Positions 21,660 through 33,900 of a DNA stretch of 64,000 nucleotides are shown piece after piece. The notes beneath the pieces were generated by a model. The model saw nothing but the letters and a program-made list of their open reading frames with translations, had not been told where the DNA came from and ran no database searches. Origin of the DNA: Scyliorhinus canicula (taxonomy: Eukaryota); contig NC_052169.1 of the NCBI RefSeq assembly GCF_902713615.1, positions 18,186,439 to 18,250,438 of the forward strand, read 5' to 3'. A program made the position numbers and the translations under genes. Every line of letters begins with the position of its first letter. Position 1 is the first letter of the stretch.

Positions 21660-24600
21660 GGCCTGGTTTCCCTCTCACTGTCCAGTAGCTGCATCCACCC
21701 CAGTCACAGACTGCTGACCACTTCCCAATCAGTACTTCCTGTCCTGGGGGGTGCAAGCGGTCATTGTGCTGGCCAATGAACAGCTTCACCATGGAGCCGC
21801 AGAATGCATACGGCGGATCAGTGTGGGGGAACGAGCGGCAGTCACGTGGCTGTTGTTTAGAACACCTATTTAAACATGTGAAACTAGCACAATGGCTACT
21901 GTGGGGATCCGAGGAGGGGAGTAGCCATCTTCAAAACTGGGAAGTCAGCCCGGGGGCACCGGGTCCACTGACCCACTGCTCGGGGGGAGGCGGAGCCACC
22001 GGGGGGAGGGGGATGGGGGGGAGGAGATAGGCTCGGTTGGGAGGGTGGGCCGCCATCGTTGGGGGAGGGTTGCCCCTGGGCTGGGGGGGGGGGTGAGAGG
22101 GGTCAGCGCCCAGGGGTATGCCATGCCACTCCCCTGGACCATTTATACCCATAACTTGGGCAGCTCCAGCTGCTGCCTGTCTGTCCCACCGAACAGCCCC
22201 TGACAGAGCCCCGTCCGTGGTAATTTGGTGAAGGTCACTTTAACCCTCACAGACCATGGCAACCATTGGCCGCACAGCTGAAGGCTTTTAAAAAAACAAA
22301 ACATTTTTCTCTAAATTTAGATTACCCAATTATGTTTTTCCAATTAAGCAGCAATTTAGCGTGGCCAATCCACCCATCCTGCACATCTTTAGGTTGTGGG
22401 GGTGAGACACAAGCAGGCACGGGGAGAATGTGTAAACTCCACACGGACAGTGACCCGGGGCCGTGATCGAGCCTGGGTACTCGGCGCCGTGAGGCAACAG
22501 TGCCAACCACTGCGCCACCATGCTGCCCTTGCTGAAGCTAATGGTGAATTGGCAATTCTCGGAATGTAAGCACCTCAAAGCTCCCAAGTGGATCCGCGTG
22601 GGTGGACGTGACATGACGCAGGCAATTGTTACTGTCTAGCATCCCAATCAGAATGTGAGGCCTGGACACGTGTCCTGAACTCCGGAAGCATCAACACCAT
22701 AGAGGCAGCAGTCAAAGTTAGACCACCCAAGAGCTGGGACCCAGCACTGGTGCCAAGACCACAAGGACATAGCACATGTGCAATACCCTCTCCTTGTTGA
22801 TACAGAGCCTCCTGCGACCCATGAGGTCCAACGTCTATTCGATGGATGAGCGATGCCTGCACACCATTGGCCGTCACTGGCCTCGGTCCCTCCCTGTCCT
22901 GATGGGCGGCCGTTTCTTTCGGGTGTGAGACAGGACCCTGCACGTGAACCGCCGCGAACAGAGGGTGGGTGTGTGGAGCAGGGAGGGAACCAGTGTCTGG
23001 TCCAGGTCATGTTTCCAGCAGATGTCTGGGGTACAGGGTCTGAGGTCCACTGCCCAGAGGCCTCTGAAGGGGCGAGGGGTGTGTGTGCAGGGCGTGTTGC
23101 ATGACACCCTGAGAGATGGCAGGGAATGTAATGGTTAGGCCGCTTGAGGGCTCAGAGAGCACAGGGTGGAAGCCATACTGATTGTCAGTCTCATGCTATT
23201 TCCAATTCCTTACAGATATTATATGATGGATCATATTTTGGATCCTGCGCAAGTTGCCCTCGTGGTGGTGTTGGAAACCCAGGAGGTAGACAGCAAAGAA
23301 GGCAGTGGCAGCACCGTTTACACAGACTCAAAGTGAAGATTCACATGCAGGGTCCTGTCCCACACCCGGAGGAAACGGCCGTCCATCAGGACAGGGAGGG
23401 ATCGAGGCCAGTGACGGCCAATGGTGTGCAGACGCCACTCATCCTTTGAATAGACATTGGTCCTCGTGGGCCTCAGGAGGCTCTGTCTCAACAAGGACGG
23501 TAAGACACATGTGCTATGTCCTTGTGGACTTGTGGAGGATACCCACTCCTGGTGGCTGTCAAGGTCACCACAGCCCTGAATCTTTACACCTCGGGTTCAT
23601 TCCAGGGCTCGAGCAGGGAATTGTGTGGCATATCCCAACCTACAGCCCAAAAGTGCATCCATGAAGTCATGGATGCCCTGTTTACTCGGCAGCTGACTAC
23701 ATAAACTTTGACCTGGATCAGGCCCATCAAGATGCCCAGGCAGCAGGATTCTCCACCATCATTGGGATGCCCCAGGTCAATGGGGTAATAGATGGTACGC
23801 ATGTCGCCATGCATGCACTGGGCGGTCCGCGATTTACCTTCATCAACAGGAAGGAATTCCACTCCCTAAACTTCCGACTTATATGCAACTACCACCTCAA
23901 GATCATGCACATGTGTGTACGCATCCCAGGGAGTGTGCACAACAGCTATATCCTGGGGCAGTCGGAGATCACTGGCATCTTCGAGGGACATCCCAGGGTG
24001 ACTGGCTGGTTCTTGGGGGATAAGTGGTATCTTCTTCGGACCAGGCCAATGACACCAGTACAGAGACCAGAGACCAATGCAGATACTCGATATAACGAGG
24101 CCCATGTGGCCAGCCGGGCTGTCATTGAGCGGTGCATCGGACTGCTGAAAAGTCGGTTTTGTTGACTCAACCGCTCTGGGGTGAACTGCAACACGTCCGG
24201 GAGGGTCGCCTGCTTCATGGTGATCTCCTGTGCCCTCCACAACCTTCCACAGCAGCAGGGCGACGTGCTAGAAGGTGGAGGAGGAGGAACATGCGGCCAC
24301 CTCCGAGAATGGGGACAAGGAGGAACCAGAGGTTGGGCCCAGGGAGGACCCATGGGACCAGCCAGAGGGTAACGGCAGGAGGTGGTGGTGAGGGATTGGC
24401 ATGGCCAAAGGACCAGGGAGGCCTCATTCTCATAGCACCTGCTTTGTCTGTCATATCTCCCCCTCTCTCCTTCCCACCCACTGTCCCCCATACCCGTGCT
24501 CCACCCAGTCTGCCTCCACTTCTCTTTCCCTTCCCCCCCCGACCATCCCTCCACCCACCAATTACCAGTCACCGCATCCCCCCTTCCCCTGTCCCACCCT

Positions 24601-24777
24601 CCCAGGGTCTGTGTTCCATCACTTCAGGGAGATGAGCCTGTGTCACCACTGTTAGCGCCTCAATATACAAGTCAGGATGGTGATGATAACCTGCTGTGAA
24701 CTGAGCTCTGTCCTATGCCACAGTCTGACTCCTGTCTTTCTGCCTGAGAGCACGTTTACACCCATCACCTGCACGTG
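21660..24777 (+). mobile_element. Degenerate PIF/Harbinger transposon, truncated by the Gypsy fragment
   Basis: PLLVAVKVTTALNLYTSGSFQG, GVIDGTHV, NRKEFHSLN, IERCIGLLKSRF in broken frames; the left end loosely mirrors the right end near 1300-1353. Confidence 0.8.
22345..22529 (-). mobile_element. V-SINE (paralog ~50283-50462)
   Basis: Same head and core. Confidence 0.75.
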
Positions 24778-27439
24778 TGATGTACCATCAATTGGACGCG
24801 AGACACGATGAAGATCCAAACTGTGGCTTTAATCAGCTAGTTGTTAGCCCGGTGGTCGACTACAGAGAAAGACCGACTGCCGGGAAACCTGGGTACTTAT
24901 ACCCTGCCTTGGAGGCGGGGTCTACTTGCCTCTCGACCAATTGGTGAGCAGTCACATGACTAGTCCCAGCCAATCAGACGAGAGGCACATGACCAGCCAG
25001 AGCCAATGGGAAACCAATGCTCTGCACCAATGGCAGTGCTCCCACTCATAACACCACATTCACCCCTTGTGGAGGAACAAGGCGGGGGGGGGTGTGTGGG
25101 GGAAGAGAGAGGGGTGGTCCGAGGACTGGTGGTATGAGTAGAGATAATCGAAGATATGGGCTGCCCACTGGCTCGTGGCAAAAATAAACAATACTACATT
25201 AGGATGCAAAACAAATTACAATAGAGTCCAATAAGGTCCCATGGTTGCATCAGATGGTCACGATCAGCCTGTCGGGTGCCTGTGATGTTCTGGTGGACCA
25301 TCGCAGTGGAGCCGGTGACGTTGGGCCGATGGTCGTCCTTGCCTCTGGGAGCGTCGGTCGTAGATGTGTCTCCGTACCACGGGCCGGTGGTGGAGACGCT
25401 GTAATTGGGGAAGGGGGGGTATATGTGCTGGGTCGTGGGGGCGCGGGGGGCGCTTGGGGGAATTGGGGTTGGGGGGGCGGGTGTTGATGGAAGAGGAGAA
25501 GGCCGCACGCCAGCGGGTGCCAGGTCCCGGAGTGAGACCGTATCCTGCCGATCGTCGGGATACTCCACGTACGCATACTGCGGGTTGGCATGGAGTAACT
25601 GGACTCGCTCAACCAACGGGTCGGACTTGTGCACCCGCACCTGCTTCTGGAGCTAGATAGGCCTGGGAGTGGCCAGCCAGGTCGGGAGAGGGGATCCTGA
25701 GGACGACTTCCTGGGGAAAACAAGAAGACGTTCATGAGATGTTTGATTAGTGGTAGTACAGAGGAGAGACCGGATTGAATGCAGGGCGTCGGGGGTGACC
25801 TCTTGCCAACGGGGCATAGGGAGATCTCTGGACCGTAGAGCCAGCAGGATGGTCTTCCAAATGGTGCCATTCTCCTGCTCGACCTGACCGTTACCCCGGG
25901 GGTTACCCCTGGTTGTCCTGCTGGAGGCTATGCCCCTGCTGAGCAGGAATTGACGCAGTTCGTCACTCATAAAGGAGGTAGAAGTGCGGTTTGCACTCGG
26001 CGCAGACGTGGCAGTCCCTGGTGACGGTCCTGACTTCCTCAACGGAGTAGGGCGGGTTGCGGGTCTTAATAAAATGGTAAAAACGGGTGACCCCTGGATG
26101 GCAGAGGTCCATGTGGAGGGAGCGGAGGCGGTCAATCTGCGCGCTGGCACAGGTACCGCGGGATAGGGCATCGGAAGGCTCGTTGAGCTTCCCAGGACGG
26201 TACAAGATATCGTAGTTGTACGTGGACAACTTGATCCGCCACCGCAAGCTCTTGTCGTTCTTGATCTTGCCCCTCTGTGCATTATCGAACATGAAAGCTA
26301 CTGATCGTTGGTCTGTGAGGAGGGTAAACCTCCTGCTGGCCAGATAGTGCTTCCAATATCGCACAGCTTTGACAATGGCCTGTGCCTCCTTTTCCACCGA
26401 GGAGTGGCGGATTTCGGAAGCGTGGCGGGGTCGTGAGAAGAAGGCCACGGGTATGCCTGCTTGGTTCAGGGTGGCCGCCAGAGCTACGTCAGATGCGTCG
26501 CTCTCGACCTGGAATGGGAGGGACTCATCGATAGCATGCATCGTGGCCTTTGCGATATCCGCTTTGATGCGGCTAAAGGCCTAGCGGGCCTCCATCGACA
26601 GGGGAAAAGAGGTGGACTGGATGAGGGGGCGGGCTTTGTCGGCGTAATTGGGGACCCACTGGGCGTAATATGAGAAGAAGCCCAGGCAGCGTTTGAGGGC
26701 TTTGAGGGAGTTGGGGAGAGGGAGTTCCATCAGGCGGCGCATGCGTTCGGGGTCGGGGCCTATCACTCCGTTCGCACTACGTAGCCGAGGATAGCTAGAC
26801 AGTCGGTGCTAAACACGCACTTATCCTTATTGTAGGTTAAATTAAGGAGTTTTGAGGTTCGGAGGAATTTTTGAAGGTTGATGTCATGGTCCTACTGGTC
26901 GTGGCCGCAGATGGTGACGTTATCGAGGTACGGGAAGGTAACCCGTAACCCATGCTTGTCGACCATTCGGTCCATGTCCCGTTGGAAGACCGAGACCCCA
27001 TTTGTGACACCGAATGGAACCCTGAGGAAGTGGTAGAGGCGCCCATCTGGCTCAAACGCAGTGTGCTTGCGGTCAATCGCGCGGATGGGGAGCTGGTGGT
27101 AAGCAGACTTAAGGTCCACCGTGGAAAAGACTTTGTATTTCGCAATCCTGTTAACCAGGTCGGAAATACGGGGGAGAGGGTACGCGTCCAGCTGCGTGAA
27201 CCTGTTGATGGTCTAACTGTAATCAATGACCATCCAGTTTTTCTCCCCAGTCCGAACTACCAGCACTTGGGCTCGCCAGGGACTGTTGCTGGCCTCGATA
27301 ACGCCTTCCATAAGGAGCCTCTGGACCTCGAACCCGATGAAGGTCCGGTCCTGGGCATTGTATCGTCTGCTCCGAGTGGCGACCGGTTTACAATCTGGGG
27401 TGAGATTAGCAAACAAGAAAGGGGAGTCCACTTTGAGGG
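24778..27439 (-). mobile_element. 5'-truncated Ty3/Gypsy retrotransposon (RT, RNase H, internally deleted integrase, PPT, 3' LTR 24778-25058)
   Basis: DLKSAYHQ, PFGVTNGVSVFQ, YLDN; ESDASD..LAATL; HPGV..CHVCAEC zinc finger; RT-RH-IN order; 281-bp TG..CA LTR preceded by AAGGGGTGAA. Confidence 0.9.
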
Positions 27440-28359
27440 ACTATGTATCATAGAATCTACAGGGCAGAAGGTCATTCGGCCCAGCGAGACTGCACCGGCC
27501 CTTGGAAAGAGCACCCTACTTAAGCCGACACCTCCACTCTATCCCCATAACCCAGTAACCCCACCTAACTTTTTTGGATACTGAGGGCAATTTAGCACGG
27601 CCAATCCACCAAACCTGCACATTTGGATGATGATGATCTATGATGTATGGAGGGGGCTTTAGCAGTAAATTCATGTGGATTCCCTTCATTCCAGTCCTTG
27701 TTGTGTGGTGTTCATGTTCCAAACAACATGCATTGTTCCAGAATTAGATTCAAATTCAAAGACTGGAAAATTAGAACAATGGTAATGCGATCTAGAAATA
27801 GTTGGAGCTTTTTAACAAATAATTTTCTTGGGATGAGAGCCTTGCTGGCAAGGCTGTCTTTATTGCCCACCTCTAGTTGCCCTTGACAAGGTGATGGTGA
27901 CCCTTTTCCTTAGACTCCACACTCTGTGTGGTGTAGGTGCACCCACAAAGCTTTCTTGTCAGGAGTTCCAGGGGTTTGAATTTGGGGCGAATGAAGGGCA
28001 AGCAGCAACAGGAAGAGTGTTGTATGTGTGGATATGGAAGACTTGTGCACCTGTCAAGTGTTGGGAAACCTGGTTGAGTTTGATCATCTCTACCTCAGGG
28101 GCCTTGAGCCCGATTGCTGTGTCCTCACTGGGATAATTCCATTTACTCCATTAGCTTGGCATAAAATTCCTGCTTCAATGATAACTCACTTCATCATTTC
28201 ATTGACATTTAAAACAATTTTTATTCAATGACTTCCCATCACATGGGTTTACATTCTGCATAATAGTCCTATATTATGCATATCACACAGCAGCAATGCA
28301 TTGTTCTAGAGTCCTGCCTGAGTTGTGGTGGGGGTTGGGATGGAATTGGTCCTCGTTAG

Positions 28360-28610
28360 TGTGGTAGTCGGTATTAGAGGTATTACGGTACCTAGGTTGA
28401 TGCTGTAAGATCATTGGTGTGGGAGGTACCTGAGACAGTAAGATCATTGGTGAAGCCTGCCTGCTGGTTCCGCCCAGTAAGGCGGAGTATAACAGTCTGT
28501 GTCTCCCTAGCAGCTGCATTCTGTACCTGTGCTGCTGGGGGAAACATCTAGTCCAATAAAGCCTTCAATTGTACTCCAATCTCGCTTCGAGAGTTATTGA
28601 TCGTGCATCC
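28360..28610 (+). mobile_element. Paralogous solo LTR
   Basis: Copy of 2606-2856. Confidence 0.8.
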
Positions 28611-30727
28611 GTTAGTGGTGTGAAACTCACAGAGAATCAACAGTCAGTTTCCCCCTGTGTCAAATTTTCATTTCAGTCAAAGTCAAAATTGGCAAAGACC
28701 AGTTTCAGCCCCAAATGAACAACCGGCGCATTCTTCAACTGTGTGATCCCACGCTCTGCGTTGGTGAGATTGGAAACGCAGAATGGGTCGGTCTCTTTGC
28801 TTTGTGTTGATAGCCACATAGCCTCAGAACAATCTGTGAAAGCCAAGGAGTTGCTGCCTGTGATTTGATACCATTTACAGAATGCTCCAGAATATTACAG
28901 TCTGCACAAAGTCCTGCGTCTCAAACAGCTTTGGGTCTACGGCTGGTGAAACACACTTGCTCCCGAGGGTGGCAATTAACTCTGGTGTTCCGTGTGGTTT
29001 CCCTTCTCTGGAAATTCTTGGATGAATAGAAAGAAGACTTCCATCTATATAGCGCCATTCACGACCTCAGGACTTTCCAAGATCTTTACAAATTAGTTTG
29101 GATATAATCATTATCATAATGCAGGAAACACAGCAACCAGTTTGCACACAGCAAGTTCCCACAAGCAGCAATCTGATAACGTCCAGATAAAAATCGGCTC
29201 TTGATCGTAATGCCACAGGATCTTTTCAGTCCATCTGACAGAGCAGACAGGTTCAGGACATTGCCTTCAACAATGCAACACTCCCTTGGTGCTGCACTGA
29301 AGTATCTGCCTAGATTATGTGCTCAAATTCCGGATTGTCATTCAGATTTCCCAATATCTATTTTCGACCTGTGAAGTTTCATAGCAGGAGTGGGAACCTA
29401 TAAAATCTCCACACACTCCCAGGTTCAGCATGGCTCCAACAATACTTGTTCATTCGAACTTTTAAAGAGCTTCCCAGTGATAATGGTTTGATTTTCCATT
29501 TCCCTCACTAGCCTTCATTACAGCCTCCCTCACCTGAGTCACAGTTCTGTGCTGTAAGGCCATGTGGGCTGCCCTGGGGTAAACTCATTCCATGTCACGA
29601 TGCTGTGAGCAGTCGACAGAGCAGACTATCCCCTCAACGTTCTGGACTGCGTTTCAGCCAGGGTACCAAGGGGCGAAGGGTGAACGGATATGATACTGAA
29701 ACTACTATCGGTGCAGCATAAACTGACACACAAAGATCACAAGTTCAGGTGATGCAGGAAAAGCAAAGGTCACGCACTGGAACATTGGGGCCTTTACTGT
29801 GTTTGAGGTCCATGCACCTGGTAGGTGTTGAGTGGAGGAAATTGACACTGTGCCAGTTACATTCTGCACCAGTCCTGGGCCTGCTCAATACTGACGATGG
29901 AGCATGGAATTTGGATCCGGGTGTAGCACAAAATGCACACACTCAATTCAGCTGGTGACAAGAGAACAGTGGATTGAACCCATAGCTTATTCTGATTATA
30001 CGTAGCAGCCTGTGGGGTCCCAGACATAATGGGGAGTAAGTTTAGGAGGTGGGTTTATGGGCAGGGGCAACATTCGGAGATAGCTAATCTGGTTTAGGCC
30101 CTGCTGCAAGCATTAAGTGTCTTTATTGGCATATTAAAGAGGCCTAACTCCTGTCTCAGGCAGCTGTCAGAGACCCATTAATATAGCAGCATTGATATGG
30201 TGCCAGACATGTTTCTGACAATTTGGGAATGGTGGGTTGGTCCCTGTAATACCTCTCACCAGACTCACCGGGACACCCTGATTCATCTCCCCATGGGACC
30301 CATGGAATACAAGCTCCCCCGCTATTGGGCGGAGGTCCATCAGCTGGAGCTCGTAAAGATTGCCTCATAATAGCCGGCCCGGACTGGACCCGGCGTGAGC
30401 AGTAGTGACTGGGACCTTGGGATTGCAAGTCACGTTGCAGCCTTTATATTTGTTGTTGAATTAAACTTCTTTTGGATTTACCCTCTCGGGCCTCCTGAGA
30501 TTTCATAGTCCCCTAAATTGGACTTCATTTGCACTATTATTCAGCAGGTAAAATAGTGTAGCAATAACTAATACAACCCCTTCAAATGATCCTCCCCATC
30601 CCAACCCCCACCTTTTAGGTGTCCACAGTGGGAAAGTGTTCAATATCTAGCTCAGAGCATAAATGTAAAATGTTTGTATATTTGTGAAAAAACTTGCACC
30701 ACTATGAATTTAAACTTCTCCTTTTTC

Positions 30728-30993
30728 CTATAACTGATTAAGCTCAGGTGCCTCTGTTTCAGAATAAATAGGGTTTTCTTCCATTTTTAGCGGGCCATGT
30801 TTTGGGTCATTTTCCTCCAGGTGGGACTGTGTCTCCGTGTTTCTGAGACTCCCAGTCTCAGGGTAGCTGATCAAAGAGTAAGCCTGGTCATCAGATGACA
30901 CAATGGGATCTTGCTCTTTCAATGGTGACTGGTCATTGAGTTCAGTGGCTGGAGAGGTTTCAACCTGACGCCCATGGTTCAGGTGGTCTTTGC
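30728..30993 (-). CDS. Copy B exon 10 (QAYSLI, NPIYSET)
   Basis: Paralog of 4967..5232. Confidence 0.8.
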
Positions 30994-33900
30994 CTAGGTA
31001 TTAAGAGAGATCGTGTTTAAGGAGGCTCGCCAGCAATCGGAGGCAAATAATGACAGCGAACAGTTTAGTTCCATGAGATAAAGGTTTAGGAGCTTTCAAA
31101 CAGTTACAGGTTGGATTGTACTGAAAGATTAAAGCTACTTACGTTTCGCTCCCTGGGTTTCAGTTTTGTCTCCATCACTTCGGAAAACAGAAAATGAAAA
31201 ATGTGAAAACTGAGTCACAAAAGATTCAAGTAATATTTTAATATCTCTCATTGGAGTCTTGATTCAGCCACTTTCTCCCCAAGGTCTGGATTTGAACCCA
31301 GCCCAGGCTGAAATTCTCTCATTCACATTGCTTCTCTCTCTCGTTGCTTCTCTGAACCTCTCTGTCTGTCAGTCTGTCTAATTCTCTCCTTGACTTCCTG
31401 TGTCTCTCTCGCTGACACTCTGGCCAAACTGACCAACTGTGGCTGCCGGGGCGGGGGGGGGGGGGGGGGGGGGGGGGATGCGTAGACCTGTGAGGGCAGA
31501 GGGGTGGGGTAGGGTGAACTACACGCTACCAGCCCATCCATTCAGTTGCAGGTGATCCCATAACTCAAAACAAAATGCATGCCAGGCCAAACGCATGTGC
31601 AGAAACAACCAGCAAAGGAAGGAATTGGGGACAAAATCCTTCCCTGGAAGGCCCGAACCACCAGGATACAGGTGAAAGGCCGAAATACGGGACAGTCCAA
31701 CCTGGTCAGGATTTTCTGGCCCAACCAATCATCACGGGCAGGGTGGAAAATTTGACAGACCTGCAAAAGATCCATTGACTTTGAACGGGAGCAGAAAATC
31801 CTCGTCGTGGCTGCCTTTCTTCCTTGTTTCTTTCTGTGATGGGCTCTCTCCACTTCTCTCTCCNNNNNNNNNNNNNNNNNNNNNNNNNNNNNNNNNNNNN
31901 NNNNNNNNNNNNNNNNNNNNNNNNNNNNNNNNNNNNNNNNNNNNNNNNNNNNNNNNNNNNNNNNNNNNNNNNNNNNNNNNNNNNNNNNNNNNNNNNNNNN
32001 NNNNNNNNNNNNNNNNNNNNNNNNNNNNNNNNNNNNNNNNNNNNNNNNNNNNNNNNNNNNNNNNNNNNNCTCTCCCCTTCCCTCACTTCCCTCTCTGTCT
32101 GTCTCTCACTCTGTCTCTCGCAGGGTCCTGTATCGGCAGCCACAGCTGCGAGGGGCACTCCGGGGCCCTGCTAGGCCCCTGCAAAATGGAGAATCACTCT
32201 GGACTACCTCCAGGAAAGTCCAGAGTGATTCGCACCCGTTTTCTCACGGGTGTGGGGACACAGCCCCATTATCATTATCATGTGGGGACAATCAGGCCTA
32301 AAGCTATGATCTGCAGATTTAAACAGATATAAATGGGAAACCCCGAGTGGAATTCTCTGATAATGGGGCCATGTCCCCAAGCCCATTTTGCAGGGGGCTT
32401 GCAGGGCCCCGGAGTGCTCCTCGCAGCTCCGGCTGCCGATATGGGGCCCTGCACTTCCAGCCGCGGGTCCGTGCATGCGCGCGACGGTCATCTGCGGCGG
32501 CGGCCCCATGGAACACCGTAGGCCTGCCCCGCCAATATAGCCCCCCCCCCCAACCGAGATCACACTTGCCAGCTGATCAGTGGCCCCTGATCGTGAGCCT
32601 GGCCGTCCTGGAGGCCCCCCCCCCCCCCGGTGATGGTCCGCAGCCGCCACTCCGAATTCCCGCCGGGTGGAACCATGAGTGAACCATGCCGACGGGAACT
32701 CGGCCAGTTATCGGCAGAGAATCGCCGTGGGGGCCTCTTACAATGGCCCCCAACTGGCACTGTGTGCGTGATTGGCGGCGATGCTTCGGTCCCCGGGGAA
32801 TCGCAGGAGTGGCGTCAGACCCGATCGCGGGTCTGACACACATTCTCCGCCCCCATGCCGAGCGCGATTGCGGCGCGGAGGCTCAGAGAATACCGGCCCT
32901 AACTTTTAAAGTCGGGATTCCCGTCGTGTCAGTGATGGGGACAATCGAGTGGGGAAATTCCACCAGCGTAAAATCCATTTTGGACTCCCGCTCCATACTC
33001 CACCCCCTCTGTTGTTCCTGCCCCCTGAAAACTGGGGTGGCAAATCCTGGTCTATGATTTAAAATTGTTGAATTAATTGTTGAGTCTAGAAGGCGAAAGT
33101 TGAAAGATGAGGGGCGGGATTCTCCCCTACCCGGCGGGGCGGGAGGTCCCGGCGGGATGGAGTGGCGTGAACCACTCCGGCGTCGGGCCGCCCCAAAGGT
33201 GGGGAAATCTCCGCACCTTTAGGGGTCAAGCCCTAAAATTGAGAGGGAGGCGGCGCTGGAGTGGTTGGCGCCACGCCGGCCGGTGGGAAAGGCCTTTGGC
33301 GCCATGCCATCCGGTGCCGAAGGGACTTCGCCGGCCGGCGGAAGTCCGCGCATGTGCCGTAGCGTCAGCGGCTGCTAACATCATCCCCGCGCATGCGCAA
33401 GGGAGGGGGTCACTTCCGCCTCCGCCATCGTAAAGACTATGGCGAAGGCGGAAGGAAAAGTGTGCCCCCACGGCACAGGCCTGCCCGCCGATCGGTGGGC
33501 CCCGATCGCGGGGGCCAGGCCACAGATTGCCCCCCCCCACCAGGACTCCGGAGCCCACCCGCGCCGCCTGGTCCCACCAGTAAGGTAGGTGGTTTGATTC
33601 ACGCTGGTGGGACCGGCATGAAAGCGGCGGGCCGGAGAATCGCCGGGGGGGGGGAGGGGGGGTCCACCCAAAGGCGCGGCGCGATTCCCACCCCCACCGA
33701 ATCTCTGGTGCAGGAGACTTTGGGAGGCAGTGGGGGCGGGATTCACGCCGGACCCCGGCGATTCTCTAACCTGGCGGAGGGGTCGGAGAATCCCGCCCGA
33801 GGTGCTGGTCCTCGAGCTTGCCTTGAGCTTCACTGGAACATTGCAGCAGGCCAAGGCCGGGAGGTCAGGGCAAGGTGGAGAATTAAAATGACAAGTAACT

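Larger units (their letters stand above)
1..23920. repeat. Tandem segmental unit 1 (23,920 bp)
   Basis: Position 1 sequence recurs at 23921 and 52046; colinear throughout. Confidence 0.95.

Noticed and set aside
23767-24165. Domesticated HARBI1 host gene
   Set aside because: Frameshifts, stops, degenerate motifs (GSVHNS, GDKWY) and TE insertions indicate a dead transposon.
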